The position numbers and the translations under genes were made by a program. The notes below the pieces were generated by a model that was given only the letters and a program-made list of their open reading frames with translations, searched no databases and was not told the origin of the DNA. From contig JAVKIE010000002.1 of NCBI GenBank assembly GCA_031459615.1, positions 105,445 to 169,444 on the forward strand: a stretch of 64,000 nt of DNA, in the 5' to 3' direction. This document shows, piece by piece, positions 38,493 through 47,667 of the stretch; position 1 is the first letter of the stretch, and each line of letters begins with the position of its first letter. Origin of the DNA: Candidatus Calidihabitans tengchongensis. GTDB lineage: Bacteria > Sysuimicrobiota > Sysuimicrobiia > Sysuimicrobiales > Kaftiobacteriaceae.

Positions 38493-39269
38493 ATGTTGCG
38501 CGTGCGGGTGATCCGCAGCGGCAGCGGCGGCAACGCGGTCTACGTGCAGGGAGGGGCCACGCGCCTGCTCGTCGATGTGGGACTCCCGGCCGAACTGGTG
38601 GCGCAGGAACTGGTCGCCATGCCCGACGCCTGGCCGCCGGCGGCCATTCTGCTCACCCACGAGCACGAGGACCACGCCCGGGGGGCCTGGGCGCTCGCCC
38701 GCCAGGCCGGCGTGCCGGTCCTGGCCACCGAGGGAACCCTCCGCGCGGCGGCCGAATCTGCGCAGGGAGTGTCCGCCGAGCGCGTCGTCCCCGGCGTCCC
38801 CGTCCGGGTGGGGGAGGTGCAGGTGGAGGCGCTTGTGGTGTCCCACGACGCCGCGCAGCCGGTGGGCTACGTGATCTCCCGGGGCCCGCGCGCGGTGCTG
38901 GTGGCGACCGACCTGGGCGCGGTGGACGAGGCGCTGGTGGAACGGTCGCGGACCGTGGACGCGCTGGTGGTGGAGGCCAACTACGACCTGCGCCTGCTGG
39001 CGGTCAGCCCCTACCCGTGGTTTCTCAAGAACCGGATCCTCAGCCCCACCGGCCACCTCAGCAACGACGCCGCCGCCGGGCTGGTGGTGGCGGCGGCGGC
39101 CGGGGGGAGGCTGCGGATGGCCTGCCTGGTGCATCTGAGCGACATCAACAACCTGACGCCGCTGGCGAGGGACACCGCCCTGTGGGCGTTGGAGCGGGAG
39201 GGCATCACCGGCGTCCGGGTGGAGGCGGTGCGCCCCAACGGGAGCAGTTCCCTGTGGGACGTCGGCTGA
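38493..39269 (+). CDS. MBL-fold metallo-hydrolase (YycJ/WalJ-like)
   Basis: THEHEDH motif and a beta-lactamase-fold sequence. Confidence 0.8.
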   Translation: MLRVRVIRSGSGGNAVYVQGGATRLLVDVGLPAELVAQELVAMPDAWPPAAILLTHEHEDHARGAWALARQAGVPVLATEGTLRAAAESAQGVSAERVVPGVPVRVGEVQVEALVVSHDAAQPVGYVISRGPRAVLVATDLGAVDEALVERSRTVDALVVEANYDLRLLAVSPYPWFLKNRILSPTGHLSNDAAAGLVVAAAAGGRLRMACLVHLSDINNLTPLARDTALWALEREGITGVRVEAVRPNGSSSLWDVG

Positions 39270-39326
39270 CGGCGGGACGCCGGATCTCCCCCGGACACCG
39301 GTCGGTGCCGGCGTCGGGATCTGGCG

Positions 39327-40748
39327 GTGTTTGACCCGGCCGCAGTCGCCGGGAAGCCCGCGGCCACGCTGCGGCGGGCGGCGGTGTCCATCCTGGGTGC
39401 GGCCATCCGGGCGGTCGACCCGGAGGTCGCGGTGTCCCGTACCGTGACCCGCCGCGGCCCGATTCTCCGGGTGGGCCGGCGCCGCTACGACCTGCGCCGG
39501 GTGCGGCACGTGTTCGTGGTGGGGGCGGGCAAGGCCTGCGCGCCCATGGCGGCCGCCTGCGAGCGGGTGCTGGGCGACCGGCTGACCGCCGGGCTCGTCG
39601 TGGTCAAGTACGGGTACGGGATGCCCCTGCGGCGCGTCGAGGTCATCGAGGCTGGCCACCCGCTGCCGGACCAGGCCGGCGCCCGCGGGGCCGGCCGCAT
39701 CCTCGACCTGGTGTCGGGGGCGGAGGAGCCCGATCTGGTCCTGTGCCTGATCTCGGGGGGAGGCTCGGCGCTGCTGCCGGCGCCGGCGGACGGGATCACC
39801 CTGGAGGAGAAGATGGCGGTCACCGACCTGCTGCTGCGCAGCGGCGCGACCATCCGCGAGATCAACGCCGTCCGCAAGCACCTCTCCCGCATCAAGGGCG
39901 GGCGGCTGGCGCGGGCCGCCGCGCCCGCCCGGGTGGTGGGGGTGGTGCTGTCGGACGTGCCCGGAGATCCCCTGGACGCCATCGCGTCCGGTCCCATCAC
40001 CCCCGACCCCACCACCTTCCATGACGCGCTGGCAGTTCTGCAACGCTACGGTCTGCTGGACCGGGTGCCGCCATCCGTCCGGCTGCACCTGGAGCGGGGC
40101 GCCGCCGGGCAGGAGCCGGACACGCCCAAGCCGGGGGACCCGCTGTTTGCACGGGTGCAGGTCGAGGTGGTGGGCAACATCGATCGGGCGGTGGATGCCG
40201 CGGCAGCCCGGGCGGCCCGCCTGGGATTCCGGCCGCTGGTCCTCACCACGCGCCTGGAGGGCGAGGCGCGGGAGGCCGCCCGGGTGGTCTGCAGCATCGT
40301 CCGCACCGTGCGGGAGCGCTCGCGCCCGATCCGCCCCCCGGCCTGCCTGCTGGCAGGGGGGGAGACGACGGTGACGGTCCGGGGAGCGGGGCGGGGCGGC
40401 CGCTGCCAGGAGTTCGCCCTGGCGGCCGCGCTGGCCATCGAGGGGTGGGACGGCGTGGTGGTGGCGGCCTGCGGCACCGACGGCACCGACGGCCCCACCG
40501 ATGCCGCCGGCGCGGTAGCCGACGGCGCGACCGCGGCCCGGGCCCGGGCGGCGGGGCGCGAGCCCGCGCGGGCGCTGGCCGACAACGATGCGTATCACGT
40601 CTTTCAGGCGCTGGGCGACCTGCTGGTCAGCGGTCCCACGCGGACCAACGTCACGGACCTGTACGTGGCGCTCGTTAGAGGGAAGAGGGAAGAGGGAAAA
40701 GGGAACAGGGGAAACCAAAGACGGTCTACCCTTTCGCACACCGGGTAA
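39327..40748 (+). CDS. Glycerate kinase, MOFRL family
   Basis: MOFRL motifs throughout (VVGAGKA; GETTV). The ORF runs about 20 codons past the usual family C-terminus (LYVALV) into a purine-rich repeat. Confidence 0.8.
   Translation: MFDPAAVAGKPAATLRRAAVSILGAAIRAVDPEVAVSRTVTRRGPILRVGRRRYDLRRVRHVFVVGAGKACAPMAAACERVLGDRLTAGLVVVKYGYGMPLRRVEVIEAGHPLPDQAGARGAGRILDLVSGAEEPDLVLCLISGGGSALLPAPADGITLEEKMAVTDLLLRSGATIREINAVRKHLSRIKGGRLARAAAPARVVGVVLSDVPGDPLDAIASGPITPDPTTFHDALAVLQRYGLLDRVPPSVRLHLERGAAGQEPDTPKPGDPLFARVQVEVVGNIDRAVDAAAARAARLGFRPLVLTTRLEGEAREAARVVCSIVRTVRERSRPIRPPACLLAGGETTVTVRGAGRGGRCQEFALAAALAIEGWDGVVVAACGTDGTDGPTDAAGAVADGATAARARAAGREPARALADNDAYHVFQALGDLLVSGPTRTNVTDLYVALVRGKREEGKGNRGNQRRSTLSHTG
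40676..40716 (+). repeat. Purine-rich GGGAAGAGGGAA-type repeat, copy 1
   Basis: AGAGGGAAGAGGGAAGAGGGAAAAGGGAACAGGGGAAACC, by eye strongly purine-rich against the high-GC background. Confidence 0.6.
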
Positions 40749-40805
40749 ATCTGCGGGTCAGTGGTCGCACCCAAGGCCGGCGTCAGGGACCTGTTAGTGC
40801 CACGG

Positions 40806-40828
40806 GTAACAGGGAAGAGGGAAGAGAG
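40806..40828 (+). repeat. Purine-rich GGGAAGAGGGAA-type repeat, copy 2
   Basis: ACAGGGAAGAGGGAAGAGAGGCGG, about 40 nt upstream of the glgA start. Confidence 0.6.
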
Positions 40829-40865
40829 GCGGACGACGGTCCGCGCGGCGGGACGGGAGGTCGGG

Positions 40866-42317
40866 GTGAAGGTCCTGTTCTGCATCTCGGAGGCGGTGCC
40901 GCTGGCCAAGACCGGAGGGCTGGCTGACGTGGGCGGCGCGCTGCCGGCGGCCCTGCGGGCGCTGGGGTGCGAGGTGCGCGTCGTCCTGCCCCGCTACCGC
41001 GGCATCGAGGTCGCGGGGTGGTGGCGGGCTGGATCGGTGCGGGTTCCCCTGGGGGAGCGGACGGTGGAGGCGGTGATCTGGGACGGCGCCATGCCCGACA
41101 CCGGCGTGCCCGTGTGGCTGGTGGACCAGCCGCAGCTCTTCGACCGCCCTGGCCTGTACGGGGACGGAGGGTCCGACTACCCCGACAACCTGGCCCGCTT
41201 CGCCTGCCTGTGCCGGGCGGCCCTGGCCTGGCTCCCCCGCCAGCAGTGGCGGCCCGACCTGGTCCACTGCCACGACTGGCAGACCGCCCTCATCCCGCCC
41301 CTGGTGGCGAGCGGTCAGGCGCCACCGCTGCCGACCCTGCTGACCATCCACAACCTGGCCTACCAGGGGATCTTTCCGGCCGACCAGTTTCCCCTCACCG
41401 GACTACCTCCCCGGATGTTCTCGGTGCGGGGCCTGGAGTTCTGGGGGAAGGTGAACGTGCTCAAAGGCGGGTTGATCTACGCCGACATGCTGAGCACCGT
41501 CAGCCCCACCTACGCGCGGGAGATCCAGACACCCGAGTTCGGCGCCGGCCTGGACGGCGTGCTGCGCGAGCGCGGCGCCGACCTGGTGGGCATCCTCAAC
41601 GGTGTGGACTACCGCATCTGGGACCCCGCCCACGACCCCCACCTGCCGGCGCCCTACACCCGGGAGGACCTGTCGGGCAAGCGGGTCTGCAAGGAGTACC
41701 TGCAGCGGGAGGTCGGCCTGGACGTGCGGCCCGACGCGCCGCTGGTGGGCATGGTGGGCCGGCTGGTGGAGCAGAAGGGGATCGATCTGGTGGTGGCCGC
41801 CGCCCCCGAGATTCTGGCCCGGGGCGCGCAGCTGGTCGTCCTCGGCACCGGCGAGCCCCGGTACGAGCAGATGCTGCAAGACCTCGCCCGGCGGGAGTCC
41901 GGCAGGGTGGCCGTCCGCATCGGCTTCGACGACGCCCTGGCGCACCGCATCGAGGCCGGCGCGGACCTGTTCGTCATGCCGTCCCGCTACGAGCCGTCCG
42001 GGCTGAACCAGCTGTACAGCCTCCGCTACGGGACCGTGCCCGTGGTCCGCCGCACCGGAGGGCTGGCCGACTCGATCGTGGACGCCACCCCGGACGCGCT
42101 GGAGGCCGGCACCGCCACCGGCTTTGTGTTTGATGCGTACAGTCCCGAGGCGCTGGCGACGGCGGTGGCGCGGGCCCTGGAGGTCTACCGCACGCCGGCG
42201 CTGTGGAAGAGGCTGCAGCGCGCGGGCATGTCCGCCGACTTCTCCTGGCAGGCCGCTGCCCGCCGGTACCTGGACCTGTACGAGCGGACCCTCGCCGCCG
42301 CCCGGCGGCGCCGATGA
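40866..42317 (+). CDS. glgA: Glycogen synthase
   Basis: N-terminal KTGGLADV motif, GT5/GT1 fold. GTG start 7 nt after GGAGG; the track ORF's upstream 35 codons are spurious. Confidence 0.9.
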   Translation: MKVLFCISEAVPLAKTGGLADVGGALPAALRALGCEVRVVLPRYRGIEVAGWWRAGSVRVPLGERTVEAVIWDGAMPDTGVPVWLVDQPQLFDRPGLYGDGGSDYPDNLARFACLCRAALAWLPRQQWRPDLVHCHDWQTALIPPLVASGQAPPLPTLLTIHNLAYQGIFPADQFPLTGLPPRMFSVRGLEFWGKVNVLKGGLIYADMLSTVSPTYAREIQTPEFGAGLDGVLRERGADLVGILNGVDYRIWDPAHDPHLPAPYTREDLSGKRVCKEYLQREVGLDVRPDAPLVGMVGRLVEQKGIDLVVAAAPEILARGAQLVVLGTGEPRYEQMLQDLARRESGRVAVRIGFDDALAHRIEAGADLFVMPSRYEPSGLNQLYSLRYGTVPVVRRTGGLADSIVDATPDALEAGTATGFVFDAYSPEALATAVARALEVYRTPALWKRLQRAGMSADFSWQAAARRYLDLYERTLAAARRRR

Positions 42318-42344
42318 CGGCCGTGGACACGCGGAGGTGACGCG

Positions 42345-43400
42345 GTGCCCGAGCTGCGCAAGGATCCCATCTCCCGGCGCTGGGTGATCATCGCCACCGA
42401 GCGCTCCGCCCGGCCCACCGACTTCCACCCCGAGCCGGTGGAGGCCGCCGACAGCGATGCCTGTCCGTTCTGCGAGGGGCGGGAGGACCACACCCCGCCC
42501 GAGATCTACGCCGTGCGCGCCCCGGGCACCGCGCCCAACACGCCGGGGTGGACGGTGCGGGTGGTGAGCAACAAGTTCCCCGCCCTGCGCATCGAGGGGA
42601 GCACCGAGCGCACCCGGCCGGGGATCTTCACCCGGATGGACGGGGTGGGCGCCCACGAGGTCATCATCGAGACCCCCGACCACGCCACCCACCTGGGCGC
42701 GCTGCCGGCCGGGCATGTGGCCGAGGTGATCGGGGCGTACCTGCACCGCTACCGCGACCTGCGGGGGGACGCGCGCTTCCAGTACGCCCTGCTGTTCCGC
42801 AACCACGGCCGGACCGCGGGGGCGTCGCTGTCCCACCCCCACTCGCAGCTGATCGCCCTGCCGGTGGTGCCCAAGCGGGTGGCCGAGGAGCTGGAGGCGG
42901 CGGAGAGGTTTTTCGCCCGCCGCGGCGCGTGCATCTACTGCGCCCTGCTGGAGCAGGAACGGGCCAGCGGGGAGCGGATCATCTGGGAAAGCGACGCCTG
43001 CGTGGTCCTGGCGCCGTACGCCTCCCGCTTCCCCTTTGAGACCTGGATCCTGCCGCGGGCGCACATGGCCGACTTCGGCACCCTGACCCCCGAGCTGGTG
43101 GAGCCGGTGGCCCGGGCGCTGCGGGAGACCCTGGCCCGGCTGGCCGCCTGCCTGGCCAACCCGCCGTACAACTTCATCGTCCACACGCTGCCCTACCACA
43201 GCCCCCTGGGCCATCTGTACCACTGGCACATCGAGATCATGCCGCGGCTGACCCAGGTGGCGGGCTTTGAGTGGGGGTCGGGATTCTACATCAACCCGGT
43301 GGTCCCCGAAGACGCCGCGCGCGTCCTGCGGGAAGGGTCTGCCGTGCCGGCCGGGGCTCCGGCTTCGCCCGAGCGGATTCACGGGGAAGTGGGCAACTGA
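42345..43400 (+). CDS. Galactose-1-phosphate uridylyltransferase-like HIT-superfamily nucleotidyltransferase
   Basis: Zinc-binding CPFC...H and active-site HPHSQ (HxHxQ) motif. Confidence 0.75.
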   Translation: MPELRKDPISRRWVIIATERSARPTDFHPEPVEAADSDACPFCEGREDHTPPEIYAVRAPGTAPNTPGWTVRVVSNKFPALRIEGSTERTRPGIFTRMDGVGAHEVIIETPDHATHLGALPAGHVAEVIGAYLHRYRDLRGDARFQYALLFRNHGRTAGASLSHPHSQLIALPVVPKRVAEELEAAERFFARRGACIYCALLEQERASGERIIWESDACVVLAPYASRFPFETWILPRAHMADFGTLTPELVEPVARALRETLARLAACLANPPYNFIVHTLPYHSPLGHLYHWHIEIMPRLTQVAGFEWGSGFYINPVVPEDAARVLREGSAVPAGAPASPERIHGEVGN

Positions 43401-43415
43401 GGGGGGTCGCGCGCG

Positions 43416-44159
43416 ATGAGGGATGCCTCCGGCCGGCCGGGGCGGGTCGCCCTGTGGGTGACGTGCCTGGTGGACCAGCTGTTCCCCCAGGTGGGCGAGG
43501 CCGCGGTGGCCGTCCTGCGCCGCGCGGGGGTGGAGGTGGACGTCCCGCTGGCCCAGACCTGCTGCGGGCAGGTGGCCTTCAACGACGGGTTCTGGCCGGA
43601 GGCGGCGCGGCTGGCCCGCAAGTTCCTGAACGACTTCGGGGGCGCCGAGGCGGTGGTGACTCCCAGCGCCTCGTGCGCCACCATGGTGCGGGAGTTCTAT
43701 CCCCTGCTGCTGCGCGACGACCCGCCGGCCGCCGTCCGGGCGCGCGATCTGGCCGCCCGGACGTACGAGCTCACCGAGTTCCTGGTGGACGTGCTGGACG
43801 CCGGGGACCTGGGGGCGCGCTTTCCCCACCGGGTCACCTGCCACGCGTCCTGCCACAGCCTGCGGGGACTGCGCCTGCGCGACCAGCCGCTGCGCCTGCT
43901 GCGGGCGGTGCGCGGGCTGGAGCTGCGCGAGCTGCCGGGCCTGGAGGAGTGCTGCGGGTTTGGAGGGATGTTTGCGGTCACGTTCGCCGCGCTGTCGGGG
44001 TCGATGCTCCACGCCAAGATGGCCGCCGTGGAGGCCTCGGGCGCGGAGGTGGTGACGTCCACCGACTGCAGCTGCCTGATGCACATCGCCGGCGGCCTGT
44101 CCCGCCGCGGCAGCGCCGTGCGGGCGGTCCACATCGCCGAGATCCTGGCGGCGCGCTGA
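43416..44159 (+). CDS. lutA: Lactate utilization protein A (LutA/YkgE; CCG-domain Fe-S oxidoreductase)
   Basis: Two cysteine-rich CCG domains (TCCG..., ECCGFGG). Confidence 0.85.
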   Translation: MRDASGRPGRVALWVTCLVDQLFPQVGEAAVAVLRRAGVEVDVPLAQTCCGQVAFNDGFWPEAARLARKFLNDFGGAEAVVTPSASCATMVREFYPLLLRDDPPAAVRARDLAARTYELTEFLVDVLDAGDLGARFPHRVTCHASCHSLRGLRLRDQPLRLLRAVRGLELRELPGLEECCGFGGMFAVTFAALSGSMLHAKMAAVEASGAEVVTSTDCSCLMHIAGGLSRRGSAVRAVHIAEILAAR

Positions 44160-44183
44160 CACCCGGATGACGGTGACCGGTCC

Positions 44184-45599
44184 ATGAGGTCTGTGCCCAT
44201 CGACTTCGTGCGCGCGTCGGAGGCCGCCCTGGCCGACCCCGTCCTGCACGCGTCGGTCCGGCGGGCCATGGTGCGCTTTCGGGACCTGCAGCGGGCGGTC
44301 ATCGAGGAAGTTCCGGACTGGCAGGCGCTGCGGGAGCACGCCCACCGGGTGAAGATGCACACCCTGGCCCACCTGGACCGCTACCTGGAGCAGCTGGACG
44401 AGCGCGTCACCGCCGCCGGCGGGCGGGTGCACTGGGCCCGGGACGCCGGCGAGGCGCAGCGCATCATCGCCGACCTCGTCCGCGCCCGGGGCGGCCGCGC
44501 GGTGGTCAAGAGCAAGTCCATGACCTCCGAGGAGATCGAGCTGAACACCGCCCTGCAGGCCGCCGGCTGCCAGGTGGTGGAGACCGACCTGGGCGAGTAC
44601 CTGGTGCAGCTGGCCGGAGACCGCCCGGCCCACCTGATCGCCCCGGCCATCCACCGGTCCACGGAGGAGATCGCGCGCCTGCTGGCCGACCGGCTGGGGG
44701 TCCCCGTCCACGACGACCCGGCGGAACTCACCCGCACCGTGCGCCGGGTGCTGCGGCGCACCTTCCTGTCCGCCGACGTCGGCATCACCGGGGTCAACTT
44801 CGCCGTGGCCGAGACCGGCACCCTGGTCATCGTGGAAAACGAGGGCAACGCCCGCCTGACCACCACCCTGCCGCGGATGCACATCGCCCTGATGGGCGTG
44901 GAGAAAGTCATCCCGCGGCTGGCGGACCTGGCGGTGTTCCTCACGCTGCTGCCGCGGGCCGCCACGGGGCAGAGGCTGAGCAGCTACGTGTCGTGGATCA
45001 CCGGGCCCCGCCGTCCGGGGGAGGGCGACGGTCCCGAGGAGCTGCACCTGGTGATCCTGGACAACGGGCGATCGGGGATCGCCGCCGATCCGGTCATGGC
45101 CGAGGCCCTGGCCTGCATCCGGTGCGGCGCGTGCCTGGACGTCTGCCCGGTATTCGAGCGGACAGCCGGGCATGCCTACGGCTCCGTGTATTCCGGCCCC
45201 ATCGGCGCCGTGATCACGCCCCTGCTCCGGGGGCTGGACGCGGCGGCACAACTGCCGTTTGCGTCGTCGCTGTGCGGGGCGTGCGGGGAGATCTGCCCGG
45301 TCCGCATCGACCTGCCGCGCCTGCTGCTGGAGCTGCGGGCGCGGGTGATGAGCCGGGGATGGTCGGGCCCGATGGAGCGGATGTTCGTCCGCGGGTGGAC
45401 GGCGGTGATGGCCCGCGCGTCGCGCCTGCGGGTGGCGGGGCGGATGGCCCGATGGGCTCTGCGGGCGCTGCAGGGGCGGCGCGTTCTGCCCTACCCCCTG
45501 TCGGCGTGGGTCCGCTACCGGGACCTGCCCGCACCGCCCGCCGATGCCTTCCGGGATCGGTGGCAGAAGATCCGTTCCTCCGGAGGGGCACAGCCGTGA
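44184..45599 (+). CDS. lutB: Lactate utilization protein B (LutB/YkgF; 4Fe-4S, DUF162)
   Basis: CIRCGACLDVCP and CGACGEICP ferredoxin motifs, LutB-like N-terminal domain. Confidence 0.9.
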   Translation: MRSVPIDFVRASEAALADPVLHASVRRAMVRFRDLQRAVIEEVPDWQALREHAHRVKMHTLAHLDRYLEQLDERVTAAGGRVHWARDAGEAQRIIADLVRARGGRAVVKSKSMTSEEIELNTALQAAGCQVVETDLGEYLVQLAGDRPAHLIAPAIHRSTEEIARLLADRLGVPVHDDPAELTRTVRRVLRRTFLSADVGITGVNFAVAETGTLVIVENEGNARLTTTLPRMHIALMGVEKVIPRLADLAVFLTLLPRAATGQRLSSYVSWITGPRRPGEGDGPEELHLVILDNGRSGIAADPVMAEALACIRCGACLDVCPVFERTAGHAYGSVYSGPIGAVITPLLRGLDAAAQLPFASSLCGACGEICPVRIDLPRLLLELRARVMSRGWSGPMERMFVRGWTAVMARASRLRVAGRMARWALRALQGRRVLPYPLSAWVRYRDLPAPPADAFRDRWQKIRSSGGAQP

Positions 45600-46213
45600 C
45601 CGCCCGGGAACACATCCTGGCCAGACTGCGCGGCCGCTCGCCCTCCGACATCTCCCTGCCGGACGTCTACCGGACCGCCGGGCGCCCCGCCGACGCGCCG
45701 GACCTGTTCGCGCGTCGCGCCCGGGAGGCCGCCGCCGAGGTGGTGGTCGCGCCTGCCCACGGGTGGGCCCGGCAGCTCGCGGCGCAGATGCGGGACAGAG
45801 GGGTGCGGACGGTGGCGGTCTGGGAGGACCCGCTGCTGGCTCCCGCGGTCGAGGCCCTGAGGGAGGCCGGCATGGCGATCGTGGGTCCCGGCGAGCACAC
45901 CCCACAGCGTCTGGATGCCTGCGACGCCGGCCTGACGACGGCCGAGGCCGCCGTGGCCACCAGCGGCACCCTGGTGCTGGCCTGCGGTCCCGGGCGCCCG
46001 CGGACGACGTCGCTGCTGCCGCCCCTGCACGTGGCGGTGCTGCCGGCCGGGCGGGTCGTGGCCACCCTGGAGGATCTGCTGGCCGGCCTGCCGCGACCGC
46101 TGCCGTCGGCACTCACCCTGATCAGCGGCCCCAGCCGCACCGCCGACATCGAGCTGGTGCCGGTCCGCGGGGTCCACGGGCCCACCGACGTCGTGGTGTA
46201 TGTGCTGGGGTAG
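45596..46213 (+). CDS. lutC: Lactate utilization protein C (LutC/YkgG)
   Basis: A 205 aa protein; GTGA overlap with lutB. Conserved LutC gene order. Confidence 0.75.
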   Translation: MTAREHILARLRGRSPSDISLPDVYRTAGRPADAPDLFARRAREAAAEVVVAPAHGWARQLAAQMRDRGVRTVAVWEDPLLAPAVEALREAGMAIVGPGEHTPQRLDACDAGLTTAEAAVATSGTLVLACGPGRPRTTSLLPPLHVAVLPAGRVVATLEDLLAGLPRPLPSALTLISGPSRTADIELVPVRGVHGPTDVVVYVLG

Positions 46214-46250
46214 GGAAGAGGGAAAAGGGAAGAGGGAAGAAGGGAAAAGA
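46213..46250 (+). repeat. Purine-rich GGGAAGAGGGAA-type repeat, copy 3
   Basis: GGGAAGAGGGAAAAGGGAAGAGGGAAGAAGGGAAAAGAGAG, immediately after the lutC stop and about 15 nt before the glcD start. Confidence 0.6.
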
Positions 46251-46266
46251 GAGCCGGGCGTCTGGG

Positions 46267-47667
46267 GTGTCCGGCGGGGACACATCGGTGGACAGGGACA
46301 GGCTGGTGCGCCGCCTGCGCGGGATCGTCGGTGAGCCCTACGTGCTCACCGACCCCGCCGACGTGGTCGTCTACGAGCACGACGCCCTGCCCCTGACGGG
46401 GCATCTCCCCGACGCGGTCGTCCTGCCGGGGTCCACCGCCGAGGTGGCGGAGGTCGTCCGCGCTGCTTCAGAGTGCGGCGTGCCGGTGATCCCGCGCGGC
46501 GCCGGCACCGGCCTGGCCGGGGGCGCGGTGCCGGAGGGCGGCGGTGTGGTGGTGGCCCTCACCCGCATGAACCGGATCCTCTCCCTGGACCCCCGCCACC
46601 GTCTGGCGGAGGTGGAGGCGGGGGTGGTGAACGCCGACCTCAACGCCGCCGCACGGCCGTACGGCCTGGCCTTTGCCCCGGATCCGGGCAGCCAGACCGC
46701 GTCCACCATCGGGGGCAACATCGCCACCAACGCCGGGGGTGCCCACTGCCTGGCCTACGGGGTCACCACCCACCACGTCCTGGCCGCGGAGGTCGTCCTG
46801 GCCGACGGGCGGGTGGTGTGGGCGGGCAGCGCCGCCGCGGACGCCCCGGGCTATGACCTCCGCGGCCTCCTGGCGGGTTCCGAAGGCACCCTGGGCATCG
46901 TCACCCGCGCCGTGGTCCGCCTGGTGCGCCTGCCCGAAGGGGTGCGCACCCTGCTGGCCGTCTTCGGCGGCGTGGAGAGCGCCAGCCAGGCCGTCTCCGA
47001 CATCATCGCCAGCGGCATCGTGCCCGCCGCCCTGGAGATGCTGGACGCCCTGACCCTGCGCATCGTCGAGGAATTCGCCCACGCCGGATACCCCACCGAC
47101 GCGGGGGCCGTCCTGCTGGTCGAGGTGGACGGTCTCGCCGACGTCCTCGACCGCCTGGCGGACCAGGTGCGCTCCCTGTGCCTCCGCCACGGCGCCCGGC
47201 AGGTCCGCACCGCCGCCTCCGAGGAGGAACGGGCCCTGCTGTGGAAGGGCCGCAAGGAGGCGTTCGGGGCCCTGGGGCGCGTCCGCCGCGGGGTGTACCT
47301 GGCGGATGTGACCGTCCCCCGACACCGGCTGCCGGAGATGATGCGGCGGGTGGGGGAGATCGCGGCCCGTACCGGCGTGCCCATCGCCAACTTCTTTCAC
47401 GCTGGCGACGGCAACCTTCATCCCAACCTGCTGTATGACCCCCGCGACCCCCGCGCGGCGGCCGCGGTGGCCCGGGCGGCAGAGGAGATCATCCGGGCCG
47501 GCCTGGAGCTGGGGGGCACCATCACCGGTGAGCACGGAGTGGGGCTGGACAAGCGGGCCCACATGCGCTGGATGTACGCCGCACCCGACCTGGAGGCGAT
47601 GCGGCGGGTCCGGCGGGCGTGGGATCCCCGGGGACTGCTGAATCCGGGCAAGGTGGTGCCCGAGTGA
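46267..47667 (+). CDS. glcD: FAD-linked oxidase, glycolate oxidase subunit GlcD-like (first of two)
   Basis: FAD-binding PCMH domain (VIPRGAGTGLAGGAVP), C-terminal GEHGVG. GTG start is ambiguous (46267 or 46288). Confidence 0.8.
   Translation: MSGGDTSVDRDRLVRRLRGIVGEPYVLTDPADVVVYEHDALPLTGHLPDAVVLPGSTAEVAEVVRAASECGVPVIPRGAGTGLAGGAVPEGGGVVVALTRMNRILSLDPRHRLAEVEAGVVNADLNAAARPYGLAFAPDPGSQTASTIGGNIATNAGGAHCLAYGVTTHHVLAAEVVLADGRVVWAGSAAADAPGYDLRGLLAGSEGTLGIVTRAVVRLVRLPEGVRTLLAVFGGVESASQAVSDIIASGIVPAALEMLDALTLRIVEEFAHAGYPTDAGAVLLVEVDGLADVLDRLADQVRSLCLRHGARQVRTAASEEERALLWKGRKEAFGALGRVRRGVYLADVTVPRHRLPEMMRRVGEIAARTGVPIANFFHAGDGNLHPNLLYDPRDPRAAAAVARAAEEIIRAGLELGGTITGEHGVGLDKRAHMRWMYAAPDLEAMRRVRRAWDPRGLLNPGKVVPE

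Noticed and set aside
41403-46112. 1569 aa minus-strand ORF over glgA, galT and lutABC
   Set aside because: Extremely low-complexity (P/R/G/A) antisense frame across five solidly supported plus-strand genes.
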